IMG/VR virus record: IMGVR_UViG_3300005323_000364
Span: 1 to 42,726 of that record
DNA: 42,726 bases
DNA from: a virus
Lineage: Duplodnaviria; Caudoviricetes
Reading direction: 5' to 3' (one strand)
Part shown: in pieces, positions 17,879-28,541 of the stretch
Layout of the letters: the number at the start of each line of letters is the position of its first letter
Numbering within the stretch: the first letter of the stretch is position 1
Made by a program: the position numbers and the translations under genes
Notes under the pieces: generated by a model
What the model was told of the DNA's origin: nothing
What the model saw: only the letters and a program-made list of their open reading frames with translations
Databases searched by the model: none

Positions 17879-19714
17879 ATGTCGATTTGGAACTCCCTGA
17901 GCCGGGGTATTGGTCGGAGGTTTGGAGGACGTGGTGACGAGCAGGAGTTCAACAACCTGTCATCGGATCAACTTGCCACGATCATGATGAAGGCGTTTGC
18001 CTTTCCCCAAACCGGCGATTCGTCATACGTCTGGGGAGAAGCGCCTGTCAAGGAGGTGCACCCGTGGGAAGATCCCGATGCTGTCCGACGCGCGATCCAC
18101 GACATGTCCAACTATTACAATACGTTGGGCGTCTATCGTTCGGACTTTGACAAACAGGCGAACGATACTCTTTTCTCGAATGCGTATGTGGCGGTTGCGG
18201 AGAAGCGGATTCTTGATACGGTATCGACACTCGAAACAGAGGTGGTAGACAAGCGGAATGAACCTGTCGAAGACGCGATGGAATTTCTGAGATATCCGAA
18301 CCCCCAGGACACGCTTGCGGACGTTCTCAAAGCATCATGTTCGGATTTGCTCAGATATGACGCGGGAACCATCGTCAAGACGTTCAACCGGAAGAAGACT
18401 CTTCAGGAACTCAAAGCATATCCGGGAACCGAGTTCTGGGCGGAGATTGATAGAGTTCCGTTCGCAACCGATCTGGGACCGAAGGACGTCTTCACCGATA
18501 ACAAGATGATCGGGTTGTGGTCACATGGGTACACGCAGCGATACTGGCAACGCTCTCGTCCCGGTGTCTACATCTCGTTCGAACCTGAGGAGATTGCTTA
18601 CCTCAGAATGTATCGCCGTTCCGATAACGTGTATGGGACGGACTTCATCAACCGGATGAAGTATCAGATCCAGTACCTCATCGACTCCACGCGCGCGGCG
18701 GGGAAGACGTTCTCGAACGGTGTTGTTCCGTCTATCGTCTGGAACCATCCCCATGTGATGGACATGAACTCGCTCATCCAGCGCATCGAAGAGGTGAAGC
18801 AGAACAACCAGGGTTCCTACAAGTTTGGTTCAATGCTTCACACGGTGGGTGACGAGAAGATCGAAACCCTCTCGCACACTCTCCACGACATGGAGTGGTT
18901 GGAGGGTCAGAAGTTCGTTGCGGGTATTGTCTGGGCGATGTTCGGGTTCAAACCAAGAGACTTCATGGACTCGGACGAGAACCGCGCGACGGCATACGTC
19001 TCTGCAACGGGCACGAAGTCTTCGATGCTCTATCCTCTTCTCAGATACTACGAGGAGATGTTCAACCGGGATGTCCTCCCGTACATGGACGGATACAAGA
19101 AGGACTGGAAGTTCAAGTTCGTTCGTGATGTCGACAACGACGACGAACTGAAGAAGGTCGAGATCCAGTCGCAGAAGGCGAATACCTTCTCCGTCCTCTA
19201 CACCGCCGGTATGGATCCGAAGAACGCGATGAAGTTCTCGGGACTGGTGGACGACATCTCGACACTCGACGTCGAGTTCACGGTTCCCACCCCAACCATG
19301 ACAGGCGGTGGCGGCGACAAGGACTCGGCAACCTCGCACAAGAGCGGGACGAACAAGAAGTATGCCTCCAGCGGCGCGACATCGCGGGGCGAGTCGATGC
19401 CGAACCAGCACTACAAGATCAAGTTCGGGGACCAGGAAGAGACGTCGGCGGGGATTCAGAAGGGCGCGAAGATGATCACACTGAGGAAGGAAGGGGTCGA
19501 AATCAACATCGTTCCGGCGAGTCCGTCGATATGGACGAAGCGGAATCACGACAGTATCGATCTCGGGTATGCACTGAAACGGATACTGATGAAGAAGACG
19601 GCGCACAATCGCACGCAGATGCAGCGGTATGCGACGTGGAACAAGATCCTCCCGAAGTTCATGGAAGATAACGGACTGACGAGGACAGACAGTGAGTATG
19701 GAGTTGAGCAATGA
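17879..19714 (+). CDS. Portal protein
   Basis: YPNP, DLLRYDAG, VYGT, FSNGVVPS and DMEWLE motifs of HK97-type portals; position after TerL; TATA box upstream. Confidence 0.9.
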   Translation: MSIWNSLSRGIGRRFGGRGDEQEFNNLSSDQLATIMMKAFAFPQTGDSSYVWGEAPVKEVHPWEDPDAVRRAIHDMSNYYNTLGVYRSDFDKQANDTLFSNAYVAVAEKRILDTVSTLETEVVDKRNEPVEDAMEFLRYPNPQDTLADVLKASCSDLLRYDAGTIVKTFNRKKTLQELKAYPGTEFWAEIDRVPFATDLGPKDVFTDNKMIGLWSHGYTQRYWQRSRPGVYISFEPEEIAYLRMYRRSDNVYGTDFINRMKYQIQYLIDSTRAAGKTFSNGVVPSIVWNHPHVMDMNSLIQRIEEVKQNNQGSYKFGSMLHTVGDEKIETLSHTLHDMEWLEGQKFVAGIVWAMFGFKPRDFMDSDENRATAYVSATGTKSSMLYPLLRYYEEMFNRDVLPYMDGYKKDWKFKFVRDVDNDDELKKVEIQSQKANTFSVLYTAGMDPKNAMKFSGLVDDISTLDVEFTVPTPTMTGGGGDKDSATSHKSGTNKKYASSGATSRGESMPNQHYKIKFGDQEETSAGIQKGAKMITLRKEGVEINIVPASPSIWTKRNHDSIDLGYALKRILMKKTAHNRTQMQRYATWNKILPKFMEDNGLTRTDSEYGVEQ

Positions 19715-20073
19715 CTAGCACTGTAGTAGCATTTCCAAAAGTAAGGACTGTGACAATCGCACTGGGGAGTGCGACATCTACCGAAGTCGATATTCAGGGA
19801 GCACAGGTGGTGGGTGTCTATACACCGACTGCTCTGACGAATGCAACGATCTCGTTCCTCGGTTCCGTAACAAGCGGTGGGACGTTTGCACTCTGTTACG
19901 ATAAGGGGACGGTGATCTCGACTGGAGTTGCGACAAACGCTTCCCGTGCAATCGGTTTTGCAACGGAGGGGGGTGCGCTGTCGGTGTGGAGATATCTCAA
20001 GATCCAGACGGGAACCCCGACCAGTCCGGCAACCGAGGCAGCGGCACGGACGTTCTATCTGGTTATCAAGTAG
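19711..20073 (+). CDS. Putative virion structural protein (beta-rich)
   Basis: Thr/Ala-rich, WRYLKI motif, ATGA-coupled to portal. Confidence 0.65.
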   Translation: MTSTVVAFPKVRTVTIALGSATSTEVDIQGAQVVGVYTPTALTNATISFLGSVTSGGTFALCYDKGTVISTGVATNASRAIGFATEGGALSVWRYLKIQTGTPTSPATEAAARTFYLVIK

Positions 20074-20079
20074 GCGAGC

Positions 20080-20253
20080 ATGGCAACGACACTGTTCGAT
20101 GACGTCCTGTTTGACGACTGTCTCTTCGACGGGGACGCATTCAGACAGTTCGCCGTCGTCGTGCTCGATCTGATCGTGTCGCCATTAGGTGTTACAACGT
20201 CGCTATCGGTGGTGTCGCCCATTGGACAGACAACAACACTGGAGTGTTTATGA
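20080..20253 (+). CDS. Small hypothetical protein (57 aa; not in the ORF track)
   Basis: Hand-translated MATTLFDDVLFDDCLFDGDAF...; fills the gap and is ATGA-coupled. Confidence 0.55.
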   Translation: MATTLFDDVLFDDCLFDGDAFRQFAVVVLDLIVSPLGVTTSLSVVSPIGQTTTLECL

Positions 20254-20564
20254 CAAATCCTAAGATTTATGTCGATACGGTGGGCGCGGAGGTGGAGATC
20301 ATATCCCATGCCGATCTGGTGACAGACGTTGCATCAGTGTCTATCATGGTGGAGAAACCGAGCGGTGTGATAGATACCTGGACGCCGACATCCATCGATC
20401 CTGCGAGTGCAAGCAACTGCACGATTAACTACACGACACAGGCGGGGGATCTCAATGAGGTGGGGACGTATCGAGTGCAACCTGTCGTGACGATGGTAGA
20501 TAATGATCTGTGGCCGATAGGAGTCGCACTGTGGACGATTTATGCGCGATATGAGGGATTGTAA
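20250..20564 (+). CDS. BppU-N-like Ig-fold structural protein
   Basis: EKPSG...[17 protein letters not shown] motif. Confidence 0.7.
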   Translation: MTNPKIYVDTVGAEVEIISHADLVTDVASVSIMVEKPSGVIDTWTPTSIDPASASNCTINYTTQAGDLNEVGTYRVQPVVTMVDNDLWPIGVALWTIYARYEGL

Positions 20565-22576
20565 TGGCGTGGGATGATACAAAGGTCGCCCACGTCAGTC
20601 CGGTCGCATCTGCCGACTGGAACGCGATGGTGGTATACGTCAAGGGGAGACAGAAGAAGATTGTCGTCTCTTCGACGGAACCAACCAGTGCCGCATCGTC
20701 CGACTGCTGGTACGACGAGAGCACGGGGAAACTGAAACTCTACACCGACGGGTGGGTGGATCTTACTCTATCAGGACCAACGGGACCACAAGGCGCAACT
20801 GGTGCTACCGGAGCGACGGGTGCTACTGGCGCGCAGGGACCGACCGGACTGACGGGCGCTACAGGTGCTCAAGGTCCACAGGGCATTCAGGGTCTAACCG
20901 GAGCAACAGGAGAAACCGGTCCCCAAGGGTTGACTGGTGCTACTGGACCGGCGGGAGCAGATGGTCAACCGGGAACAACCGTCTTCGCTGACCTCACCGG
21001 CATCACTCTGACAAACCCAGCAGAGAACGAGATCCTGAAGTATAACGGATCTGTCTGGATCAACGCGGTCAACACAGGTGGTTCGGGAGCATCAACCCTT
21101 GACGAACTGACGGACGTCACGATCACCACGCCCGAAGACGATCAGTTCCTCCGGTTCAACGGATCTTACTGGGTCAACGAGACGGTAACGCTCCTTCAGG
21201 GACCAACGGGACCACAGGGAGAGACGGGACTGACAGGTGCAACCGGAGAAACCGGACCCCAGGGTTTGACTGGCGCTACGGGCGAACAGGGACCGATCGG
21301 GTTGACTGGTGCCACGGGTCCAGAAGGCCCACAGGGCCTGACGGGCGCGACGGGTTCTGCGGGCGCGGACGGTGCCGATGGGAAGACTGTCCTGTCTGGA
21401 TCTGGAGATCCGACGACCGAGGGCACCGATGGTGACTTCTACCTGAACACGACGACGACAATTCTGTTCGGTCCAAAGGCAACGACATGGCCCGCCGGGG
21501 TTTCACTCATCGGACCACAGGGTCTTACGGGAGCAACCGGGGCACAGGGTATCCAGGGATTGACGGGTGCGACTGGTCCTCAGGGAGAAACCGGACTCAC
21601 TGGAGCGACAGGTGCCGATGGTGCACCGGGGACGACGGTGTTCGCCGATCTCACCGGGATATCCATTACCGATCCGGTTGACGATCAGTATCTCCGGTAC
21701 AACGGTTCTGCCTGGATCAACGAGACGGTCACCGGGGGTGGAGGTGTCGATCGCCTTACCGAGGTGTCGACATCGTTCTCGCTTCTGGGTTCGGCAACGA
21801 TCACGGGGACGACGGCGACGGTGAACCTGGGGGCAACGCGCGGACAGATGGCGCGCATCCGCATTCGTTCGGACTTCGTTGCGGGGCAACAGACGGCGGG
21901 AACGTGCCTCCTCAACATGGGGGGCGGGATGGACAACGCCACGCTCGCGTTCACCTATGACAACCTCGTAGGAACGCTACAGGTAGGAGATATCTGGCAG
22001 TTCGACAACGAACGGATGTATGTTTCTGCAACGTCTACCACCGTTGCAACGGTGACGAGAGGCATTGCGGGCACGAACCCCGCCTATCACGACGACAACG
22101 TGCAGGGGATCAAGTGCAACGACGGGTTCAGAGTCCACTTCTTCCCGAATGCGAACTACGCGATGAACGAGTGTCAGTTCACGCTCGACTCGATCTTCAC
22201 CTGGAAGGGCACGACGGACGCTGCGATCACCGCTGGTGCGTCGGTGATAACACTCGGGACACGCCCAACCGCTGTCTCGGACTTCGGGTTCGGGGATCTG
22301 ATCTACATCTCGGACACGGCATCGTCGGAGTTCGCCTACGTGCAGGACTGTTACGGGGATGTTGCCGCAGCAGGGTTTGATGATTCCATCGCGGTTCAGA
22401 AGTCGCTCCTCGCCCACGACACGTCGAAGGATGTCTACCGGGTGATCCAGTTCGACGTTCCGTGGAGTTTCTATCTCGACTCGGGGACAACGCTCTACAT
22501 GAAGATCCACACGGACGAGAAGAGAACGGCGAATGTAACGATGTTTATGGACTTCCTTATCGACAAGTTTGCGTGA
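20564..22576 (+). CDS. Collagen-like fibre protein
   Basis: Three Gly-X-Y blocks interspersed with three LxDLT..I...LxYNGSxWxN modules. Confidence 0.85.
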   Translation: MAWDDTKVAHVSPVASADWNAMVVYVKGRQKKIVVSSTEPTSAASSDCWYDESTGKLKLYTDGWVDLTLSGPTGPQGATGATGATGATGAQGPTGLTGATGAQGPQGIQGLTGATGETGPQGLTGATGPAGADGQPGTTVFADLTGITLTNPAENEILKYNGSVWINAVNTGGSGASTLDELTDVTITTPEDDQFLRFNGSYWVNETVTLLQGPTGPQGETGLTGATGETGPQGLTGATGEQGPIGLTGATGPEGPQGLTGATGSAGADGADGKTVLSGSGDPTTEGTDGDFYLNTTTTILFGPKATTWPAGVSLIGPQGLTGATGAQGIQGLTGATGPQGETGLTGATGADGAPGTTVFADLTGISITDPVDDQYLRYNGSAWINETVTGGGGVDRLTEVSTSFSLLGSATITGTTATVNLGATRGQMARIRIRSDFVAGQQTAGTCLLNMGGGMDNATLAFTYDNLVGTLQVGDIWQFDNERMYVSATSTTVATVTRGIAGTNPAYHDDNVQGIKCNDGFRVHFFPNANYAMNECQFTLDSIFTWKGTTDAAITAGASVITLGTRPTAVSDFGFGDLIYISDTASSEFAYVQDCYGDVAAAGFDDSIAVQKSLLAHDTSKDVYRVIQFDVPWSFYLDSGTTLYMKIHTDEKRTANVTMFMDFLIDKFA

Positions 22577-22628
22577 TTGGTATGACTTTTTACGAAGTAA
22601 ATGTCGCGGTTCACAGAGGTGAACACGC

Positions 22629-23069
22629 ATGACGAACAAATTTACCCAGGAACAGCGGAACGAATGGATCGATCTCCAGATGCAGAAGGCAGAGGTGCTT
22701 GAGGCACTCGACGCGCTCGAAGTGGTCCCCCCGGAAGACATCGAGGAGACGCTGGACGCGGATATCGAGGAGGTAACCGCCACTCTCCTGGCGATCTACG
22801 AGGAGAAGCAGGCGCGCGCGGGCACGGACAACCCGATGTCGCGCGAAGAGTATATCGAACGCACCGCCGCGCCACAGCAGCAGCGCATTACCCTGATGGA
22901 GTCGAACGAACAGATTGTCGCTCGGAACGAGATGCGGTGGGGGAATGCACACCGCGCGCACGAGACAGCGAAGGAGGAGAAACAGGCGGAGATCGCGTCC
23001 CTGAAGACAACCGAGAAGGCGGTGTTCCAGTTCACTCCCCCGTTCGAGGAGAAGACGGTGGAGAAGTAG
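22629..23069 (+). CDS. Hypothetical coiled-coil protein (possible fibre chaperone)
   Basis: GAGGTGA SD; acidic and helical. Confidence 0.65.
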   Translation: MTNKFTQEQRNEWIDLQMQKAEVLEALDALEVVPPEDIEETLDADIEEVTATLLAIYEEKQARAGTDNPMSREEYIERTAAPQQQRITLMESNEQIVARNEMRWGNAHRAHETAKEEKQAEIASLKTTEKAVFQFTPPFEEKTVEK

Positions 23070-23981
23070 ATGCGATGTAGTTACTCCACGCTTGTCAAGG
23101 CAAAGCGCAGCGGACGCGCGTCATCGGTGAAAGTGCAACCGACAGGAACGGCGGTGTCGGAGTATCAGGTGAACATGGGACAGCGAAACACGCCTCGCCC
23201 GGCGGGGGTGGTGCGCTCCCCGTGCTGGTCCGATCCTCTTACGGAGACGGAGACGTGGGTGCGGGTTCCCCGTCTTTCAACCACCTGTCCCCGGAGAATT
23301 GTCGCGTTTACCAGCGGGAGAGGCAACATCGACCGCACGTTCGAGTTCGGTGACGATTTCGACGGAACGACAATCAACGCGGCGAAGTGGACGGGAGTTG
23401 GGGGCGGTTCAACCGTTTCCGGTGGGGTACTCACGATGGCAGATTCAACCGGGACAGAACGGACACTGACCGGTTCTTCGACGTTTGGACAGAACCACGC
23501 GATTCGTATGCGGAAGAGCGCGACGATCGGAACCGCCTCTTATGTTCAGATCGGGTTCGCTGCGGGCGCTGCTGCGGCGATTTCCGACGTGTACTCGGAC
23601 AATACCGGAACGGGGTATTTCGACAAACTCTATACGGCACAGACTGGAGGCACGCTGAGCACGGCGAACCACGGATACGACACCAGCATTCACATATACG
23701 ACGTTATCAGGAACGGTTCCACATCGGTAATCTATCGGCGCGATGGTTCTGCGTTTCAGAACACGACCAACCTTCCAACTGGTGCACTGTCGGTATACGC
23801 GATGGCCCTGAAATCTGCGGGAACCGGAGGGGCGACGTCGGTGATCTACTGGATCGTCGTTCGTAAGTATGTTGCATCGGAACCTATAGCGGGCACCGTG
23901 AAACCATCCACAACCAACCGCGCGCTCTGTAAGTCGGTACGACACTCGGATCTGTTACGCGCGTGCTGTAACAAAGTCTGA
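23070..23981 (+). CDS. DUF2341-like / lectin-fold virion protein
   Basis: YQV...WVRVP...TFEFGDDFDG...WIVVRKYVASEP motifs. Confidence 0.65.
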   Translation: MRCSYSTLVKAKRSGRASSVKVQPTGTAVSEYQVNMGQRNTPRPAGVVRSPCWSDPLTETETWVRVPRLSTTCPRRIVAFTSGRGNIDRTFEFGDDFDGTTINAAKWTGVGGGSTVSGGVLTMADSTGTERTLTGSSTFGQNHAIRMRKSATIGTASYVQIGFAAGAAAAISDVYSDNTGTGYFDKLYTAQTGGTLSTANHGYDTSIHIYDVIRNGSTSVIYRRDGSAFQNTTNLPTGALSVYAMALKSAGTGGATSVIYWIVVRKYVASEPIAGTVKPSTTNRALCKSVRHSDLLRACCNKV

Positions 23982-24015
23982 GTATATTTTTATTTTAGAG
24001 TAAAGATTACTATAC

Positions 24016-24279
24016 ATGGATATCGATATCAACCAGATCATCGCAGTCCTCGGTATCGTCTCCGTTGTCGGAGGTGTGTGGGCGGCGGTTGCTTACGAAC
24101 GCATTAAGACGGGGTTCGGACTCTTCGTTGCGATGTTCAACCAGGACAACGAACTGCTTCAGTGCGTGAACACGGCGATCGCCGACGACAAGATAACAGA
24201 GGAAGAGTTCAAGGTGATCTACGCGAAGTTCCAGGACTCGTATAAGGCGACACAGCAACTCATTCAGAACTTCAAGTAG
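24016..24279 (+). CDS. Small membrane protein, holin-like
   Basis: N-terminal TM (IIAVLGIVSVVGGVWAAV) and AIADDKITEEE motif. Confidence 0.55.
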   Translation: MDIDINQIIAVLGIVSVVGGVWAAVAYERIKTGFGLFVAMFNQDNELLQCVNTAIADDKITEEEFKVIYAKFQDSYKATQQLIQNFK

Positions 24280-24326
24280 TCTCGCACAACACTATTTTTA
24301 ATATCTTTCGAGTTCTATATTACTGC

Positions 24327-24986
24327 GTGAAAATCTCTAATCGGTGGTACGAGGGTAACGGTGACGCCTGGACGTTCCACATTGAGAACAAAAACGTCTG
24401 GCGACGTCTCATCGACATGGCGAAACCGGATCTGGAATCGCTTATCGCTCTGAAGTTCAAGCGAGACTGGTTGAACGATGATGGCGAGGGGCACCCGCCG
24501 AACTTCGAGTTCTTGCTGAAGGCAAAGGACGCATACTTCCAGTGGATCGAAGATGAGAAGATCGTTATTCCCGATGTCGAATCGAAGGTGATCGACAAGG
24601 TATGGAACTCGGGACTTGGGATCTATCGTCAGGACAGTGCATACTTCGAAAGAATGGGTGGCGTCATCTCGGTTCTGATCTTCAATGAGGCGGCGTGGGT
24701 TGGGAAGGGGAAACTGGATCGCGTTAAACTCCTGGAAAAGACGCGCGGTTGGTTCAAGGAGAACGACAAGCGGAAGAGGACGATCAACTGGATGCTCTGG
24801 TTCTTCGACTATTTCATCAAGAAGTACAAGACGAACGAGTTCTACGAGAAGTCGATCAACTTCCTGGTAGATTATCTCATTGAACACAAGGCGGAGTGGA
24901 CACTTGTGCCTGCATACACACCGACTACGTGGTACCCTGCCGGAAGAGGAAATCTAAATTATCTTGTTCATGGGAGGGATAGTTAA
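24327..24986 (+). CDS. Hypothetical protein (219 aa)
   Basis: Leaderless GTG start about 25 nt after TTTAAATA (24297-24304). Confidence 0.7.
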   Translation: MKISNRWYEGNGDAWTFHIENKNVWRRLIDMAKPDLESLIALKFKRDWLNDDGEGHPPNFEFLLKAKDAYFQWIEDEKIVIPDVESKVIDKVWNSGLGIYRQDSAYFERMGGVISVLIFNEAAWVGKGKLDRVKLLEKTRGWFKENDKRKRTINWMLWFFDYFIKKYKTNEFYEKSINFLVDYLIEHKAEWTLVPAYTPTTWYPAGRGNLNYLVHGRDS

Positions 24987-25225
24987 TGTCTGAAATACCA
25001 ACGCGCATCGCAGAATCTCCAAGATATTGTCGTGGTGCTGGTGTTGCAATCTATTCCGATGTAGATGGTATAACCGCTGACGCAGTATACGACGGCAACT
25101 TTGATGGAGGTGATACCATGATTACGTGGTCGGATCTTCTTACGCACGCACCAACCGATACACTGTGGAAAGAACTCGACTCTCGAAGCGCGATCCATCA
25201 CAAACACGGAGCGACGAATGAGTAA
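24986..25225 (+). CDS. Hypothetical protein (true start may be ATG 25118)
   Basis: Tiled ORF; strong GGAGGTGA SD before the internal ATG 25118. Confidence 0.45.
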   Translation: MSEIPTRIAESPRYCRGAGVAIYSDVDGITADAVYDGNFDGGDTMITWSDLLTHAPTDTLWKELDSRSAIHHKHGATNE

Positions 25226-25691
25226 TTACGAAAAGCATCAGGATCTCATCGATCCGATGTCGTTCCTCGACATTTTTGCGAATGCAACCATCGAAGGCGA
25301 TCTCATCACACGCCTTGACGAGTGCCACGGTGATCCAGAAGCACTCAAAAAGGAGATGCGAGATCCGAACCTGATGGTCGTGTGGAAGGCGTACGACGTT
25401 GCCCGTTCCAATTATTTCCCCGTTTCTGAAGATCCTGACGACCAGAAATATAACAAGGCATTTATAAATTTCCTGAAGATATGTATTGTATTATTCAAAC
25501 AGGTTCCGTGGTGGAGAAGTCGCATGGGTTGGTTCATGTGGTACGCTGCGTGCTACGCGAACCCGGATGCATACTATCCGTTGACATGGGAGAGTCATTT
25601 TGAACCTAACGAGTGGTATCATGCCGGAGAAGCACCGCGACCACCAGTCGCCGTGCATCAGGAAGAGTCGAGAACTTTCGTTCTCGATTGA
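25218..25691 (+). CDS. Hypothetical protein (157 aa)
   Basis: GGAG SD; tiled ORF. Confidence 0.65.
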   Translation: MSNYEKHQDLIDPMSFLDIFANATIEGDLITRLDECHGDPEALKKEMRDPNLMVVWKAYDVARSNYFPVSEDPDDQKYNKAFINFLKICIVLFKQVPWWRSRMGWFMWYAACYANPDAYYPLTWESHFEPNEWYHAGEAPRPPVAVHQEESRTFVLD

Positions 25692-26649
25692 TTTCTCTAT
25701 TTTATCAGATCGTCGTATCGGCGGACTCGCCCATTTTGAACAGGCGGATCTCGAAAACGAAATTATCGAGATCGACGCGATCATCAAGGCGCTCCCGAAC
25801 TTCATGGAGCATCCGATTATCCATTATCAGCATACGGAACGCCCCATTGGAACCATTACAAAAGCAGAGATAAAGGACAAGGGGTTGTGGATAGAGGGAT
25901 CTATCTACGACACACCGGACACCGATGATGTCTGGGAGGAGATCCAGAACGGATCTCTCAACAAATACTCCATCTACGGTCGTCGTCTGAAGGGCAACGA
26001 CCAGTGTCGCATTCCTCCCGAGAACCGCATGTCGCCATGCGTGACCAAGGCGATTGCCCTGTGGTCCATCTCTGCTGTTGGAGACAATGCGATCAACCAG
26101 ATGACGTTTCTCGAAGTGATCAAAGCACTCCGAGGTGATACCGTGACTGATGAAGAGACACAGGAAGTTGAAGAGAAAGCAGAGGAGACGCCTCAGGAAC
26201 CCGAACTGCTGAAGGCAGAGACGAATATGTCGTCCATCCTTGAACGCCTCGGCGGCGTCGAACAGACGCTCCAGAGTCTTGTGAACAGCGATAAGCAGGT
26301 TCACGAGTCGATGGGAGATGCAGAGAAGGCGGAGGAACCTGAGATGGACGAAAGTTCTGAATCTGACGATGGCGAGGAGGAGACGAAGTGCGGTTGCGCG
26401 AAGGCAACCCCAGTCGAGATCGACATGAGCGAGGAGATCGTGAAAGCAGATGTCATTCAGAAGGCATTTGACGAGTTCAAGAAGGCGAGCGACGAACGCT
26501 TTGCCGCGCTCGAATCCCGCATTGTCGAGATGGAGAACCAGACGATCCAGAAGGGCGGGAATGTCGTTATCATTCCGGCGCAGATGACCCCCGAGGATCG
26601 GGCGGCGATCAACCCCATGATTCAGAACGCACGGGCGTTAGGTGATTAA
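25621..26649 (+). CDS. HK97-type prohead protease fused to an acidic scaffold domain
   Basis: DLENEII, YQHTERPIG (His), YSIYG (Ser) and ISAVGDNAIN; acidic/coiled C-terminal half; start placed at ATG 25621. Confidence 0.88.
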   Translation: MPEKHRDHQSPCIRKSRELSFSIDFSILSDRRIGGLAHFEQADLENEIIEIDAIIKALPNFMEHPIIHYQHTERPIGTITKAEIKDKGLWIEGSIYDTPDTDDVWEEIQNGSLNKYSIYGRRLKGNDQCRIPPENRMSPCVTKAIALWSISAVGDNAINQMTFLEVIKALRGDTVTDEETQEVEEKAEETPQEPELLKAETNMSSILERLGGVEQTLQSLVNSDKQVHESMGDAEKAEEPEMDESSESDDGEEETKCGCAKATPVEIDMSEEIVKADVIQKAFDEFKKASDERFAALESRIVEMENQTIQKGGNVVIIPAQMTPEDRAAINPMIQNARALGD

Positions 26650-27999
26650 ATGGCATACAATGTAGCATCCGCCGGGTTTGTTCGACCCGGAACGGCATAT
26701 ATGGAGTCCGCCAACATTATTGGCGAGGCGTATTACCCCGGCATCGCAGACGGTTCGCCGGTGCGGATCTCGGAGATCCAGAAGTCCGCGCAGAAGCGGT
26801 TTAGCGAGTCGGGACACACCGTCATGGTGCCGTGGTTAGTCCCCGGTATCGATGAGATGGTCCAGAAGGCGATCTTCGGGAACGAGTTCGCGGACAAGCG
26901 GGAGTGCGAGGAGATCCAGAAGGCGAACTCCGAGGCACTGCACCGGATGACGACCGACTATCTCGACTCGCTCGTCTCGAAGGCAGAGACGACGACTTCG
27001 AACAGCGGGAACATCCAGGCAAACTCGTCCACGATGGGCGCGCTGATGCACGCTATCGCCGACGAGAACGTCACGTATCTCTACAAGAAACCCTACCCGT
27101 TCCAGGCACTCATCCCTGTCGAGGCGTGCAAGGGCAAGATGGCGGTATGGGACGTCATTGGTCCGTACGACTTCACCGATGCGTCGTTCGTGTCAGAAGA
27201 TCCCTCGTTCACCGAGACCGACATGGTGTCCTACACCCGGAACGAGTCGATCAAGTTCATGGCGACTGTCGGGCGTCTGACCAAGGCGGCGAAGATGGCG
27301 GGACTCGCCCAGGTTCCGGCGCGTGATATCAAGGCGATCCGCGTGGACATGGCACAGGACGCGATGCGCGCGCTCCGCGAGCGGTCGATGCTCGGCGTCA
27401 CTCGCACGATCAACGACACGGACTTTGCCTATCAGTCGGCGGGTGCTCTCGAATACAAGGGCGTCTACGAACTGATCACGGGTGCATCGGCATCCCCGAC
27501 GAAGACGTATATCGCGGGTAGTGGCGGCATTACCACGTACGACGACATCATGCAGCAGCTGGACTACTCCTACCGCCTGATGGTCAAGTACAACATGCGC
27601 CCGAACCTCGCCATGTGCGACTACAACACGTTCGGTGTGATTCGTCGCGGTATGGTTGAATACATGCGCTACACGGGAGAACCCGTCAAGACGCTTATCC
27701 CCGGTCTGTCGAAGATCGATCTGGTCTTCCCCGGCGAGGGTGGTCTTCCGCTGGTGGCGCACCCGATGCTGAACATGGGCGCGGGTAACGTGGGTTCGAT
27801 CTTCCTGATGGACACTCGCCTGATGGCACGGCGTGTTCTCTGGCAGGACACCTACGAGGAACTGGCGAACATCAACACGTCGGACAAGTTCGTCATTACG
27901 GCGGCGGAGACGCTGATCGATAAGTCGGACATCAACGGCACCAGTTCGCTCCACGGCGGCGTCTTCGGCATTACGAACACCAACCCGAGTGCGTCCTGA
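26650..27999 (+). CDS. Major capsid protein (HK97 fold)
   Basis: 449 aa directly after the protease; strongly biased codon usage; EYKGV, PNLAMCD and YEELA...DKFVI segments. Confidence 0.88.
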   Translation: MAYNVASAGFVRPGTAYMESANIIGEAYYPGIADGSPVRISEIQKSAQKRFSESGHTVMVPWLVPGIDEMVQKAIFGNEFADKRECEEIQKANSEALHRMTTDYLDSLVSKAETTTSNSGNIQANSSTMGALMHAIADENVTYLYKKPYPFQALIPVEACKGKMAVWDVIGPYDFTDASFVSEDPSFTETDMVSYTRNESIKFMATVGRLTKAAKMAGLAQVPARDIKAIRVDMAQDAMRALRERSMLGVTRTINDTDFAYQSAGALEYKGVYELITGASASPTKTYIAGSGGITTYDDIMQQLDYSYRLMVKYNMRPNLAMCDYNTFGVIRRGMVEYMRYTGEPVKTLIPGLSKIDLVFPGEGGLPLVAHPMLNMGAGNVGSIFLMDTRLMARRVLWQDTYEELANINTSDKFVITAAETLIDKSDINGTSSLHGGVFGITNTNPSAS

Positions 28000-28010
28000 G
28001 GTGATCTGAA

Positions 28011-28520
28011 ATGACAGTAGTTACCATGACGAAGCAGTCGGAGATTGTTGGATATCCGTTCAACATTGCATCCGGCGCGGTTGCAGCGGCAAACGACTGC
28101 ATCAAGTTCTCGGAAGCGGGGGTCATTCCCTTCTTCTTCAACATCCAGAACAACACGACGCTGACGGCGACGACGGGCGAGTATCGTTTCGCCGAGATGA
28201 AGGCGACGACGACCTACGACACGGACGACACGTCCATCGTCTACGACGGGGGCACTGCCTCAGAGAGGACCACGGGTTCGTATTACGCTCGCAACGGGCG
28301 GACGGGCGAGGTGATCTTCGTCAAGACGGACAGCGGTTCCACCACGACCACGGGGACGCTGGCGGTTGTGCGCGGTTGTCTCGGGACGACTGCGGCGGCA
28401 ATGGCGGACGAGGACTTCCTGTTCTGCCTGAACTCACTTGTGTCAACGGGGGCGGCGACGGGTACGGCGCTTGTCGGGTACTTCGCTCTCCCCGAACTGC
28501 ACAAGGCGACCTTCTTTTAA
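28011..28520 (+). CDS. Putative capsid decoration / structural protein
   Basis: GAGGTGA SD immediately after the MCP; T-rich tract after the stop. Confidence 0.7.
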   Translation: MTVVTMTKQSEIVGYPFNIASGAVAAANDCIKFSEAGVIPFFFNIQNNTTLTATTGEYRFAEMKATTTYDTDDTSIVYDGGTASERTTGSYYARNGRTGEVIFVKTDSGSTTTTGTLAVVRGCLGTTAAAMADEDFLFCLNSLVSTGAATGTALVGYFALPELHKATFF

Positions 28521-28541
28521 TCTTTTTAGGGGCGATTGGTC

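Noticed and set aside
23070-23330. N-terminus of the DUF2341-like gene as a frameshifted pseudogene
   Set aside because: The frame is open throughout and keeps YQV and WVRVP landmarks in order; it is more likely a compact divergent domain
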